A stretch of DNA of 64,000 nucleotides from Candidatus Latescibacterota bacterium (GCA_965237675.1 OZ250150.1:4512001-4576000), one strand, 5' to 3'. Counted from the stretch's first letter, positions 38,903 to 49,253 are shown. Made by a program: numbers and translations. The notes: generated by a model from the letters alone, not told the origin.

Positions 38903-41900
38903 TCAGAACAGGGAGAGTTGCTCCGCATGGCTCACCCTGCGCCATGGGGATACGTGCTCCCTTTTCAGGAACCCCGCGGGAATGTCCTCCAGGAAACGGG
39001 ATGGCGCGGGCCGGATCCGCTCGCCGAAACGCGTCCTGCTCCGCGCGCAAAGCAACACCGCCTCGTCCTTCGCCCGGGTCAACCCCACGAACAACAGCCG
39101 CCGCTCTTCCTCCGGATCTCCGTTTTCGTGCGGAATCAATCCCTCCTCTACCCCGCAGATAAACACCACCGGATACTCCAGCCCCTTGGAGGCGTGCAGG
39201 GTCGTCAACGTCACCGCCTCCGCCCGCGGCCGCGTCGAGCCACCCATGCGTTCGTAATCCGCGTCGCCGCCCAACACCAGCGTATCCAGGAATCTCTGCA
39301 TCGAATCGAAGTTGGCCGCCATCCGCGCCAGGCGGTCGAGATTCTCATCCCCTTCCACTTCGGCCACTTCCTTCCAGGCCCTGACCAGCGCCTCCACGGA
39401 TTCCGTTTCGGCCATTTTTCTGAACGCCCCGGCCGCATCGTGCAGCGCCGAAACCCGCTCCCGCGCGGACGGCGGCAGGTCGGCGGCGGTGAAATCTTCT
39501 CCCTCGCGACGCAGACGTTCGAGCGCTGTCTTTCCAGGATGAAAAATAGGGATCGCCAGCCCACGCAGGAAACGCCGGCCGACATCAGGTTGGAATACGT
39601 AATTAAAAAAGGAGACTGCATGCCGCACGGGCTCCGCCGAAAGAAACCCTTTCTGTCCCACCACGCGGTACGGCAGTCCCTCTTCGAGAAAACACCGCTC
39701 GATCTCGTCCGCCTGCCGGCCGGTCCTGAACAACACGGCAAAATCCGACAGACTCCGGTCTCCGCTACCGCCGTCGGAGATCCGCCCCCCGGCCCCGTCG
39801 GCCTGAAGCATATCCGCGCCGCCGATCATCCGGTTAATCTCCCGTACCACCGCGATCCCTTCCGCCGTTTCGCCAGGCACCGAAACCAGTCGGACGCCAA
39901 CGCCTTCTCCCCGGACCGCATCCATCTGACGCCCATCACCGATCACGGAGATTGCCGCACCGACAATCTGCCGCGTGGAGCGATAGGTCCGCTCCAGCAC
40001 AAACGTCCTGGCAGCCGGACAGTCTTCACGCAACTTCTGAAAAAACGCGGCACTCGCGCCACGGAATCCGTAGATGGCCTGGTCCGGATCGCCGATCACG
40101 AATAGACCCCTTCTATCGCCGGCCAGGGCTGTTACCAGGCTGTACTGCACCGCATTCACATCCTGAAACTCATCCACCAGAACGTGCGAAAACCTCCCGC
40201 GAATCCGCTGAGACGATTTGTCGGTTCCCTGAAGCATCGCCAGGAAATTCAACAAGATATCGTCATAATCCCATACCCTTAGCGCACGCAACCTGTCCTG
40301 GTACGCACTATAGACGCGACGAAGTTCCTCTGGAACCACCGCCTCCGGGTCTGCTTTCGCTACGGAGATTCGCAACCGGGTCTCCCGCGTGGAGAGGCTG
40401 ACATCGGCGTCAGCCATGACCTCCGCAAGCACCTGTGTTGCCTCCACGTCGTCGATCACCTGCCGCGTCTCCCCTGGCCTGCAGGACGTCATCAAGTCCA
40501 GCGCCACAGCATGAAACGTACCCAGCATCAACCCATCCAGCTTTCGGGTGTCCGGCAATAGAATCCGGACTCGCTCCCGCATCTCCGCCGCGGCCTTATT
40601 CGTAAACGTCACGGCCAGGATCGACTCCGGCGGGACTCCCGCCTCCCCGATCAACCGCGCCAATCGACGGGTCAACACGCGAGTCTTGCCCGTGCCAGGA
40701 CCTGCCACGACGATCACCGGCCCGCTGTCCCGGATTACTGCCGCCCGCTGCATATCGTCCAATCCGCCGCCGCCCTGAACCTCCTCAACCCCTGGCGGTT
40801 CGCCGTTTGCGCCAGCGTATTCTTCGCGACTCGTCGACACCTCCGATAATGCCGCAGTGGACGACTCTGCCGCCTTCCCGGGTAGATTGAACAAGGCGGT
40901 TTGGCGGCTCAGCCGCGCCCGATCCTCCTCCGAAAACACCTGGATCCGGCCGTACACGCCGTCGTAACCCGCCGCGATCACAACTTCCCCGGACCGCATT
41001 CGCCGTATGCCTTCCGCCACGAGCGGTTCGCCGCAGCCGGCAATCTCCTCGGGGGACACACCCCTCAAAATCGCGAGTTCAGACCCCAGTTCCGCCAGCA
41101 ACCGTTCATACACCCGTTGAACCTTCTTGCTTGTTGGGCCCACCCCCAACACGGAACCGATGACTTCCGTCAGTGGAATCAGATTCTCATACGGCGGCGC
41201 CACGTCCGGCCTTCCGCCTTCCGCCCGGTCGGCCAACTGCTCCACACGGTGCAGTACGCCGACGGTCAACCGTTTACCGCATACCGGACACAAGCAATCC
41301 GCCTCCCGCGACTGCCCCGGCTCCCAGCAGACGCCGCATTTCCGATGCCCGTCCAGGTGATACTTCCCCTCTTCGGGATAAAACTCGAGCGTGCCCAGAA
41401 ACCGTTCCGGGTCCCTTGTCTTCAGTGCATCGTATATGCCGCGGTACGACAATTCGGTATCGAAACAGGTGGCCTCCCGCGCCAGTTTCTGCGGGGAATG
41501 CGCATCCGAATTGGACACGATCGCATACCGGTCCAGCATGGACAGGCGCCAGTTCATGGGCGGATCGGAGGAGAGACCCGTTTCCACGGCGAAAATGGCG
41601 GGCAGCATATCCTCGAAACACTCCTCCAGCGTATCGAACCCGGAACTTGCGCCCAGCACGGCGAAATGAGGCGTCCATATATGCGCCGGAATAAACAGCA
41701 CGTCTTCGGCCGCTTCAACGCAGATCTCAACGAGATCCCGGCTGTCCAGACCCAGAATGGGCCGCCCGTCCGACTTCAGGTTGCCGATATCACCCAGCCG
41801 GGCATTCAACCGCTCCACCGCTTCGAAGCTGGACATCAACACCACGTGGTGTACCTTGCGGGTCTTGTCGTTCTTTTTGTAAATCACGCTGATCTCGGTG

Positions 41901-42172
41901 GACAGCACAAAACGTACCGCTCCCCGGCATCGCTCCGGCAGGTCTTCGTCCACCGCGGCCTGATGCACCGGTTTGAGCCGGTAGAGTCCCTCCTCGGCCG
42001 GCTCGAGCCGGTCCTTCAGTTCCTCGATCCACTCGGGATGGGTGAAATCGCCCGTCCCGACCACGTTCACGCCCTTGAGCGCGGACCACTTGTAGAGATT
42101 TTCCGGGGTCAGTTCCCTGCTCGTGGCCCTGGAAAACCGGGAATGCAGATGTACATCCGCCACAAATCGCAT
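38903..42172 (-). CDS. Endonuclease Q-like PHP domain fused to UvrD/REP SF1 helicase
   Basis: D.HLHS..SRATS, GTGDFTHP, PAHIWTP, ETGLSSDP, SNSDAHS, GKYH.DGHRKC, CPVCG; helicase motifs AGPGTGKT, TFTNKAA, VDEFQD, GDPDQAIYGFRGA, TLHASKGLE, EERRLLFVGLTRA. Confidence 0.92.
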   Translation of the reverse strand: MRFVADVHLHSRFSRATSRELTPENLYKWSALKGVNVVGTGDFTHPEWIEELKDRLEPAEEGLYRLKPVHQAAVDEDLPERCRGAVRFVLSTEISVIYKKNDKTRKVHHVVLMSSFEAVERLNARLGDIGNLKSDGRPILGLDSRDLVEICVEAAEDVLFIPAHIWTPHFAVLGASSGFDTLEECFEDMLPAIFAVETGLSSDPPMNWRLSMLDRYAIVSNSDAHSPQKLAREATCFDTELSYRGIYDALKTRDPERFLGTLEFYPEEGKYHLDGHRKCGVCWEPGQSREADCLCPVCGKRLTVGVLHRVEQLADRAEGGRPDVAPPYENLIPLTEVIGSVLGVGPTSKKVQRVYERLLAELGSELAILRGVSPEEIAGCGEPLVAEGIRRMRSGEVVIAAGYDGVYGRIQVFSEEDRARLSRQTALFNLPGKAAESSTAALSEVSTSREEYAGANGEPPGVEEVQGGGGLDDMQRAAVIRDSGPVIVVAGPGTGKTRVLTRRLARLIGEAGVPPESILAVTFTNKAAAEMRERVRILLPDTRKLDGLMLGTFHAVALDLMTSCRPGETRQVIDDVEATQVLAEVMADADVSLSTRETRLRISVAKADPEAVVPEELRRVYSAYQDRLRALRVWDYDDILLNFLAMLQGTDKSSQRIRGRFSHVLVDEFQDVNAVQYSLVTALAGDRRGLFVIGDPDQAIYGFRGASAAFFQKLREDCPAARTFVLERTYRSTRQIVGAAISVIGDGRQMDAVRGEGVGVRLVSVPGETAEGIAVVREINRMIGGADMLQADGAGGRISDGGSGDRSLSDFAVLFRTGRQADEIERCFLEEGLPYRVVGQKGFLSAEPVRHAVSFFNYVFQPDVGRRFLRGLAIPIFHPGKTALERLRREGEDFTAADLPPSARERVSALHDAAGAFRKMAETESVEALVRAWKEVAEVEGDENLDRLARMAANFDSMQRFLDTLVLGGDADYERMGGSTRPRAEAVTLTTLHASKGLEYPVVFICGVEEGLIPHENGDPEEERRLLFVGLTRAKDEAVLLCARSRTRFGERIRPAPSRFLEDIPAGFLKREHVSPWRRVSHAEQLSLF

Positions 42173-42249
42173 CTTTTTCCCTTTAGCCTATCAAACGGGA
42201 TGTCATCAAAAGCCGTTACAGCCGCAGCGCCTGGCACCAGCGCATAAAT

Positions 42250-42846
42250 TCACTCGGCGAAAGGACGCTCCGGTTCTCTATCGTATTTATCGCGCGACGC
42301 CGACACACACTGAAACACCTGAAAACCACCTGTTTCAATCCACATATATATCCTGTGGCAGATTTCGCAAACCCTCAGGACGTGACCCCCCGGACGCTTC
42401 TCTTCGCGGTACATGATATCGTCGTAGCCGCCCAGAAGACGTGCGATATCATCCCGGGAACGGCCGTCAAGAAGCAACCCGATAATTTCACGTGGAAGAT
42501 CGGCCGCGGCCTGACGCAGACGGTTGGTATCCACCTCCCAGGGTGATTTCAGCCCGGATCCACACGCGCACCATCGGTCGCGCATATCCCAATCCTTGTG
42601 GAACCACCACTGGTCGAAGATACGCCTGCAAGTCACGCAGAATTCATACGAATCCGCAGGATCCATACCCTCCTGCCGGACCAGGGCTTCAATCCGATTG
42701 CGCTCCTGTTCTGGCAATGCGTCGAGCTTTACCGTGGGTGTCCGGCACCACCGGCATCGGCGTGAGCCCTTCCGAAGAAAAAGCATCAGCGCGATGAACC
42801 CGACGATCAGAATGACCGGGAAAATCAAATACTCATTATCCATCAT
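42250..42846 (-). CDS. Hypothetical membrane-anchored protein with several CxxC motifs
   Basis: N-terminal TM helix; CRWC, CVTC, CAC, CEIC. Confidence 0.65.
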   Translation of the reverse strand: MMDNEYLIFPVILIVGFIALMLFLRKGSRRCRWCRTPTVKLDALPEQERNRIEALVRQEGMDPADSYEFCVTCRRIFDQWWFHKDWDMRDRWCACGSGLKSPWEVDTNRLRQAAADLPREIIGLLLDGRSRDDIARLLGGYDDIMYREEKRPGGHVLRVCEICHRIYMWIETGGFQVFQCVSASRDKYDREPERPFAE

Positions 42847-43859
42847 TGCGATAGTCGAAACACAAATCCTGCGATCCTGCGGTTTCCCGCGTCTGACTGT
42901 CTCTCTTGCGCCTGGAAAAGACTGAATCGTGGTCGCGTCGATCGAAATCTACCGTCCAGTATAGTGTTTCCTCAGACGAAATACAAGCTTTGCCAGAACT
43001 TCTGAATCGGAACAATTCACGCCAATGAATAGAGACTTCGTCAGCGAAGTTGAAAATGCTGTAAGATTTCAATCAGTCCATGTGTTTGCGCGGGTGCCCG
43101 TCTCAATAATGAATGATCGAATGGATATTGGTTAACTCGATCGGAACAACACGGCCTTGAATTGGGAGTTTCCGGGGCGTTTAGATACGACCATAGAACT
43201 GCGTGACTCGACGATGGTTCAAGTCACTATGTGGTGGCTTAGACTACAGCTATCAAATCCGACAACGGTCTCCACCAAGCAGCAAACGCGCGGGCCTCAA
43301 TATTGGAAAAATCCCAGAATTACGATTATAGATGAGGCTCGATTTCCGATCCAGACACCCGTTCGGCGGCCAAATTGGACACCTACGACGAATCACGGCT
43401 TCAATGAAGCGGAACCCACTTTTCTCGGTGTTGTACTACAGCAAAGAGACTCTCCGACCTTTACAAGAAAACGCTTGTCAATAACTTACAAGGATTGTAA
43501 GCTATATGACGATAGTGGGAGTTTCGAGCGGTTGCAGTTGTATGGGTGACAATTCGTCTGTGATGGATGGCAGTCGAAGCAGGGCCGTCCCTACAACATT
43601 AGTAAGAGAATCCCCCGTCGAAAAATAAAGAGTATGGAATGGGCGAAAGAACTTCGACCTATGTTCGATGCAACAGTAGCGATGCCAAAGGCCATTTCGG
43701 CAGGATGCCGTTCCCACCGAATTCAAGAGGGCATGGCAGCATCGCGATTACAGGAACATCATCACTTTAACTATTAAGATTTCCAGAAAAATTCTTTCAC
43801 AAGGACCCCAAGCTTTTTATGTGGTACTGCCTGGCGATCACGCGAATAGGAAATTGGAC

Positions 43860-46628
43860 ATGAACGAGTGGAACTGGAACGGGGCACGTTGGTGGAAGTG
43901 TGATTTTCACACGCATACCCCGGCCTCCAACGATTATGGGAAAGGCCCTAATCAGAAGGCTCTACAGGAACGATCCCCCCGGGAGTGGCTACTCGACTAC
44001 ATGCGTGCAGGAGTTGATTGCGTTGCAATCACAGACCATAACACTGGCAAATGGGTTGATCGTGTCAAGGCTGCGCTCGTTGAACTCAAATCAGAAAATC
44101 CGGAGGGTCTTAGACCGCTCCACATATTCCCGGGCGTGGAAATTTCAGTCAGCGGTGGCGTGCATCTGTTGGCGATTCTGGCATGCGAAGGGTCAACTTC
44201 GGACATCGACTCGCTCCTCGGTGCGGTTGGATTTCCTTCTGAACAAAAGGGTTCCGGCAAAGCCGTCACAAGACGGTCGTTCGTAGAGGTCGTCGAAGCC
44301 ATTGTTGAGACAGGTGGCATTGCGATTCCGGCCCATGTGGATGGATTCCACGGACTCTTCGAGTTGCAAGGGAACACGTTAGAGCAGGCACTAGACTGTA
44401 ATGGAATTTTCGCAATGGAGCTTATAGACCCGGCGTATCAGAAACCACAGCTTTATGCCGACAAAAAGCTGGGTTGGACGGAAATCCTGGGCGCGGACGC
44501 ACATCACCCCTCCGGGAACGCGAAGCAGCAATTTCCAGGCAGCCACTTTACATGGGTTAAGATGGGAATACCCACGATCGAGGGATTGAGATTAGCTCTG
44601 TTAGACGGTGCACTTTCAGTGCGGCGATCCGACCAGGGTACGGATGACCCAAACGAACACGCACCGTTGGTGTTGGATTCAATTAAGGTTTCGCAAGCGC
44701 GCTACATGGGTCGCTCCCAAGTCTTCACTATTGGACTAAACCCATGGTTCAACGGTATCATCGGAGGTCGGGGCACAGGTAAATCGACCGTTGTGGAGTT
44801 CCTTCGCATTGCGCTTCGACGGCGGGCTAAATTGCCGGAGGATTTGAAACCGGAGTTTGAACAATATAGCCAAATTTTCTCGGACGAGAAAAGCGGCGGG
44901 CTGTTGACGAACGATACTTCTATCAAGGTAATTTACCGGAAAGACGGAGATCGGTTTCGTATCCAGTGGAATTCGTCCGGCGATCTTGAACCTATCGAAC
45001 GAGAAGCCAATAGACAATGGCAACGCGCCGAAGGCGATATTCAGCAACGATTTCCCGTGCGAATCTACAGTCAGAAGCAAATTTTCCAACTCGCCAAGAC
45101 CCCGCTTGCGTTGCTAAGAATTATCGATGAGGCTCAAGTAGTTGGTTTTCATACTTTCAATGAAAAATGGAAGATCCAAGAAAGCCGGTTTCTTTCCCTG
45201 CGCGCCCGAAACAGAGAAATCACGGCAGGCCTTGCAGAGGAACCGCGTCTTCGGGGAGAGCTTGACGACGTCAAACGAAAGCTGGATATCTTTGAACAGT
45301 CGGGACACGCCGAGATCCTTAAATCCTTTCAAGAACGGACCCGCCAATATCGGGAGGTCGAGACTTGGGAAGAAAGCTGGACTGGAACAGGAGAGCAGTT
45401 GCGTGAAGTTGCGGTTGAAATAGTTCCGGACCTTTTGGACGATTCCTCCTTCAATTCTGATTCAGCTTCAGATGTGGATCTGCAGGAGCGCGTTGCCAAG
45501 ACGCACAGGCGGTTGGATGAAATCCGAAAATCGGTCGAAACTATCGCATCTCAAGCGGATGAAGTTGTCTCCCAGTGGCGAAAAAACAAGGATGGGTCAT
45601 CCTGGAAACAAAGCGTTGATGCTGCCACGCATGCCTACCAGGAATTAACAGAGAATCTGTCCCGAGAAGGGGCCGGCGACCCTGCGGCCTACGGCGAACT
45701 CGTACAGCGTCGCCAAATCATTGAGCAACGGCTAGACGAACTGGACGAACGCAAAAAACAGGTTGATGATCTGAATGATCAGGCAGACGAACATTTGCAT
45801 GATCTGTTGGAACTTCGCCGGGATTTGACAGCGTCACGTCGAAGTTTTCTCGAAGCCGTCCTTAGCGATAACCCATATGTGCAGATAGAGGTCGCCCCCT
45901 ATGGTGCTCGTGAGACAGTCGAAGGCGAGTTTCGCCGTTTAATCCAAAGAGAAGACGGTAGGTTCGAGAAAGACATTGGATCGCCGGATGGCGGGGGATT
46001 GCTTGGCGAACTTTATGGGCAGGATGACGGGGCCGAGGTGATTGAGAAGAATCTCCTGAACATCAAGAACCGTGTAACGGAAATCGCGTCGGGTAAACAC
46101 GACAAAGGGACAGTGGCAGATCGCCGTTTCGCAACCCACGTCGGCAATCTCAAACCTGAGGTTCTTGATCGCCTTGACTTGTGGTTTCCAGAAGATTCGT
46201 TAGAGGTCCGGTACAGCGCGAGGGGCGATGGTCAGCGTTTTCGCTCCATACAGGAAGGTTCCCCGGGGCAGAAGACCGCAGCCCTCCTGGCGTTTCTGCT
46301 TTCCTATGGGGACGAACCCCTGATCTTGGACCAGCCGGAAGACGATTTGGACAATCATCTGATCTACGATTTGATCGTGACCCAATTGCGGGCGATCAAA
46401 CGCCTTCGGCAGGTCATCGTCGTCACGCACAATGCAAACATAGTTGTCAACGGTGATGCAGAATTGGTCGTAGCGCTCACCGCGCGTCACGGGGAAACGC
46501 AGAAAGAGTGCGAAGGCAGCCTGCAGGAGCAACAGGTAAGGGAGACCATTTGTGCGGTGATGGAAGGTGGGCGCAGGGCCTTTGAAGATCGCTACCGTCG
46601 CATCGCACTGGACGGACGGCATGTTTAA
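43860..46628 (+). CDS. PHP phosphoesterase + SMC/ABC-type ATPase (Ppl/TrlF-like putative anti-phage protein)
   Basis: DFHTHTPAS, AITDHN, GVEI, HLL, IPAH, DAH; Walker A GGRGTGKS, long coiled coil, signature GSPGQK, Walker B LILDQPEDDLD, H-loop VTHN. Confidence 0.85.
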   Translation: MNEWNWNGARWWKCDFHTHTPASNDYGKGPNQKALQERSPREWLLDYMRAGVDCVAITDHNTGKWVDRVKAALVELKSENPEGLRPLHIFPGVEISVSGGVHLLAILACEGSTSDIDSLLGAVGFPSEQKGSGKAVTRRSFVEVVEAIVETGGIAIPAHVDGFHGLFELQGNTLEQALDCNGIFAMELIDPAYQKPQLYADKKLGWTEILGADAHHPSGNAKQQFPGSHFTWVKMGIPTIEGLRLALLDGALSVRRSDQGTDDPNEHAPLVLDSIKVSQARYMGRSQVFTIGLNPWFNGIIGGRGTGKSTVVEFLRIALRRRAKLPEDLKPEFEQYSQIFSDEKSGGLLTNDTSIKVIYRKDGDRFRIQWNSSGDLEPIEREANRQWQRAEGDIQQRFPVRIYSQKQIFQLAKTPLALLRIIDEAQVVGFHTFNEKWKIQESRFLSLRARNREITAGLAEEPRLRGELDDVKRKLDIFEQSGHAEILKSFQERTRQYREVETWEESWTGTGEQLREVAVEIVPDLLDDSSFNSDSASDVDLQERVAKTHRRLDEIRKSVETIASQADEVVSQWRKNKDGSSWKQSVDAATHAYQELTENLSREGAGDPAAYGELVQRRQIIEQRLDELDERKKQVDDLNDQADEHLHDLLELRRDLTASRRSFLEAVLSDNPYVQIEVAPYGARETVEGEFRRLIQREDGRFEKDIGSPDGGGLLGELYGQDDGAEVIEKNLLNIKNRVTEIASGKHDKGTVADRRFATHVGNLKPEVLDRLDLWFPEDSLEVRYSARGDGQRFRSIQEGSPGQKTAALLAFLLSYGDEPLILDQPEDDLDNHLIYDLIVTQLRAIKRLRQVIVVTHNANIVVNGDAELVVALTARHGETQKECEGSLQEQQVRETICAVMEGGRRAFEDRYRRIALDGRHV

Positions 46629-47877
46629 TAGTCCGGAAGAGTTATTGCATAAGATACGGCTTGGAGAAGATACATCGCTGGAACTCAAGGCCGTCCGATT
46701 CAGGGGCGGGTGGGTTTCCGGTCCCAGGCGCGATGAGTTGGCCGACGAGTTGGCGGCTATCGCCAATACTCACGACGGAGTGATTGTCCTGGGTGTGGAC
46801 GACAAGACACGCGACATCATAGGCATTCCGATAGACCACCTTGACGCTGTCGAACGCTTTGTCTATGAGATTTGCAATGAGAGCATCACGCCGCCAGTCC
46901 ATTTTCGCGCTTTCCGTATGCAGCTCCCGGATGCCACGGGGCATCTCCGGTCCGTGCTCAACGTAGAAATCCCACGCAGCCTCTTTGTCCACAGGAGCCC
47001 TGGCGGATATTTCTTTCGTCAGGGAAGTTCAAAACGAGAAATGTCGCCCGATTATCTGACACGGCGGTCCCTACAACTAAGCCAGGCCCGGCTGATTCGA
47101 TTCGAGGAACAACCGGTACCGCAATCGGGTATCGAAGATTTGTCGGAAACACTTCGGACGAACTATACAAAACGATCCGATGAATCCGATGAGACAGTGC
47201 TCCGTAAACGCGGTCTCTTGTCGAAAGAAGAAAGCGGTGAAGTGCGGGCTTCGGTCGCCGGTATTCTGTTCTGTTGCGGCGGGCCAGAGCGCTTCTTGCC
47301 CAATGCCTATATTGAAGCCGTGCGCTATCGCGGGAAGAAACAGGATTCCAATTATCAGATAGACGCAAAAAAGATCCACGGACCTCTGAATCTACAGATT
47401 GATCAGGCAATGACCTTTCTGAGAAAAAACCAGACGGTCTCAGCCGTGAAAATTCCGCATCGGGTAGAAACACAACAATTCAGCGAAAGAGCGGTTTTTG
47501 AAGCGATTGTCAATGCCGTGGCTCACCGCGATTATTCCATTTTCGCCTCAAAAATACGGTTTTTTATGTTCGAAGATCGGTTGGAAATCTACTCACCAGG
47601 CACTTTGCCAAACACCGTGACGATTGAAAGCATCTCCTTGCGTCAGGCTACCCGAAACGAATTGATTACGAATTTGCTTGCGGAAACGCCAGTGGCGGAA
47701 GCGGTCGGCGACGTGGGGCGTAGCTACTACATGGAAAAGCGGGGTGAGGGTGTTCCAATCATTCTTGACGAGAGTGAGAAACTTTCCGGCCAGAAGCCTG
47801 TTTATCGACTTATCGATGACTCCGAATTGATGCTGACCATTTTTTCGAGGAGTATGAAACGTGTGGATGAGCACTGA
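46621..47877 (+). CDS. Schlafen/AlbA_2 domain + HATPase_c_4 (RecG-C-like) protein
   Basis: GEDTSLELK, LAAIANT.DG.IVLGVDD; EAIVNAVAHRDY, EIYSPG, RN.LI, EKRGEGV; ATG overlaps the upstream stop (ATGTTTAA). Confidence 0.85.
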   Translation: MFNSPEELLHKIRLGEDTSLELKAVRFRGGWVSGPRRDELADELAAIANTHDGVIVLGVDDKTRDIIGIPIDHLDAVERFVYEICNESITPPVHFRAFRMQLPDATGHLRSVLNVEIPRSLFVHRSPGGYFFRQGSSKREMSPDYLTRRSLQLSQARLIRFEEQPVPQSGIEDLSETLRTNYTKRSDESDETVLRKRGLLSKEESGEVRASVAGILFCCGGPERFLPNAYIEAVRYRGKKQDSNYQIDAKKIHGPLNLQIDQAMTFLRKNQTVSAVKIPHRVETQQFSERAVFEAIVNAVAHRDYSIFASKIRFFMFEDRLEIYSPGTLPNTVTIESISLRQATRNELITNLLAETPVAEAVGDVGRSYYMEKRGEGVPIILDESEKLSGQKPVYRLIDDSELMLTIFSRSMKRVDEH

Positions 47878-47910
47878 TGCTAGTGGTTGGTATTTCCGGC
47901 CTGATGGGGA

Positions 47911-48275
47911 ATGAGTAACTGCCGCGAACAGATTCTCAGCGAATTCACTCCCACGGTGGCCCGACTGCACTCCGGTCGCCGACCCCGACCGGTTGTTTTT
48001 TAAGAGGGAATTCCATCGGGCATACGTGAGCTGGGCTTTGAACTGATTCCGTTCGACGACCCTATCGGCTTTCAGTACGCCTACGAATCCAGGTTTCGTT
48101 CCCGTTGGGAACAGGATGAGCAGCCGGATTTGGTGGTCGCACTGGACTCTGAGGCGCGAGATCTAAACTGCTTGCCATACGACCTGCTCCAAGCTGGACG
48201 AAAGTTGTCATTCAGTCTTGACGAAATCTTTCCCATGCTAAGTTACCCAATTGTCGCAGCTCTGGATCCCAGCAC
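47911..48275 (+). pseudogene. pglZ: 5' remnant of BREX type 3 PglZ phosphatase
   Basis: Reconstructed MSNCREQILSEFTPTVARL-T.VADPD.L-EGI..GIRELGFELIPFDDPIGFQYAYESRFRSRW...LPYDLLQAGRKLSFSLDEIFP.LSYPIVAALD matches the BREX-3 PglZ N-terminus as recalled; +1/-1 indels, TAA at 48001, truncated. Confidence 0.75.
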
Positions 48276-48299
48276 TCTGCTTGAAGAGCCGCGACGGAG

Positions 48300-48674
48300 G
48301 GATGAATCTACGATCCGATTCCGTACATTGCGGTGTGACGTCGTTCGTCGATTTCTATGGTTTCCAACGGAAAGGCGATAGGACTGTCGAAGAGTTGGAG
48401 GAACAATTGGCACAACGCATTGGCAAGGAACTCGGTCAAGTATGGAATCCGGAAACCGTGATTCCGTATGTTCAACGACATGAGTTCGAGGGATTGTTGT
48501 TCTCGGACGTCACCGCATTTGCGATTGCGATCAATGCGCCGGGAGATTCAGTTGAGAAATTACGGAATATTCGTGAAGGATTACCGACCCCAGGGACATC
48601 ACTGCAGCAGTAAAACAGCGCCCGGCAAGCGCATTGAGCAATCGATAGCGACTTACAATAAAGTCACGCAATGA
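48300..48674 (+). pseudogene. DUF4276 family remnant (5'-truncated, frameshifted)
   Basis: VTSFVDFYG, IPYVQRHEFEGLLFSD, then after a frameshift KTAPGKRI....YNKV. Confidence 0.7.
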
Positions 48675-48873
48675 TGGACGGTGAATGAGCGGGGCACAAC
48701 GGTGTAACGGGGCGTTCTTGGGGTCGTTTACCGTTGGCAGAAAATAGCCACAAAGTTGAAACAAGGAATTTGAAGAAGTTAAAGCAGCGTAGATCAAATG
48801 ACATCATCCTGCGAGTTACCAATAACGGGTTAGCGATGCGCGATTGCAATAAACGTGAGACGAAAGGCAGCAC

Positions 48874-49253
48874 GATGCTGGACCAACCGATCCTGGACGA
48901 CATCATCCAGCGCATTGTGGAGGTGGCCCAGCCGGAGAAGATCATCCTCTTCGGGTCCGCCGCCCGGGGCGACATGAACCGCCACAGCGACGTAGACTTG
49001 CTTATCATCAAAGAGGGCGCGGACGCGCTTGAACTTATGGGCGACATTTATATGAATCTCGATGGCGTCGGCGCAGCCGTCGACGCTGTTGTCGTCACGC
49101 CCGACGACGTAGAGCGGTATAAGGACAGCCACGCGGTGATCATCAAGCCCGCATTGCAAGAAAGGCAGGGTCGTATATGAGTCCTCCTGAGCGCTTCCCG
49201 CCCGATGATCCGCGCGAATGGCTGAACCGCGCCAGAAGTAATCTGGCGATGGC
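48874..49253 (+). repeat. Direct repeat copy A (380 bp): MNT gene plus first ~25 HEPN codons
   Basis: Matches 61982-62360 except three clustered substitutions near 49036-49048 and one extra A near 49161-49163. Confidence 0.95.
48875..49180 (+). CDS. Minimal nucleotidyltransferase (MNT) antitoxin, copy A, last codons frameshifted
   Basis: IILFGSAARGD...SDVDLLII; ends ALQERQGRI* versus ALQEGRVVYESS* in copy B. Confidence 0.8.
   Translation: MLDQPILDDIIQRIVEVAQPEKIILFGSAARGDMNRHSDVDLLIIKEGADALELMGDIYMNLDGVGAAVDAVVVTPDDVERYKDSHAVIIKPALQERQGRI

Noticed and set aside
3292-42247. Many long overlapping or antisense ORFs (e.g. 9104..10588, 11319..12515, 14281..15909, 29044..30411, 33646..34884, 40901..42247)
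   Set aside because: Shadow frames of well-supported genes in high-GC DNA, with Arg/Pro-rich composition and no family motifs
43157-43775. 130-aa ORF whose frame stays open past TGA 43547-49 (possible selenocysteine or readthrough)
   Set aside because: No recognisable protein motif, no redox context and no clear SECIS hairpin; more likely a decayed gene or non-coding DNA
48694-48740. Hairpin CAACGGT...ACCGTTG as an attC or dif-like site near the left direct repeat
   Set aside because: Too short for attC, no XerC/D consensus, and not repeated at the right-hand copy
48734-48874. N-terminal extensions of the MNT ORFs (48734 and 61845 starts)
   Set aside because: Homology between the two copies starts at the MLDQP ATG; the extensions are unrelated flanking sequence
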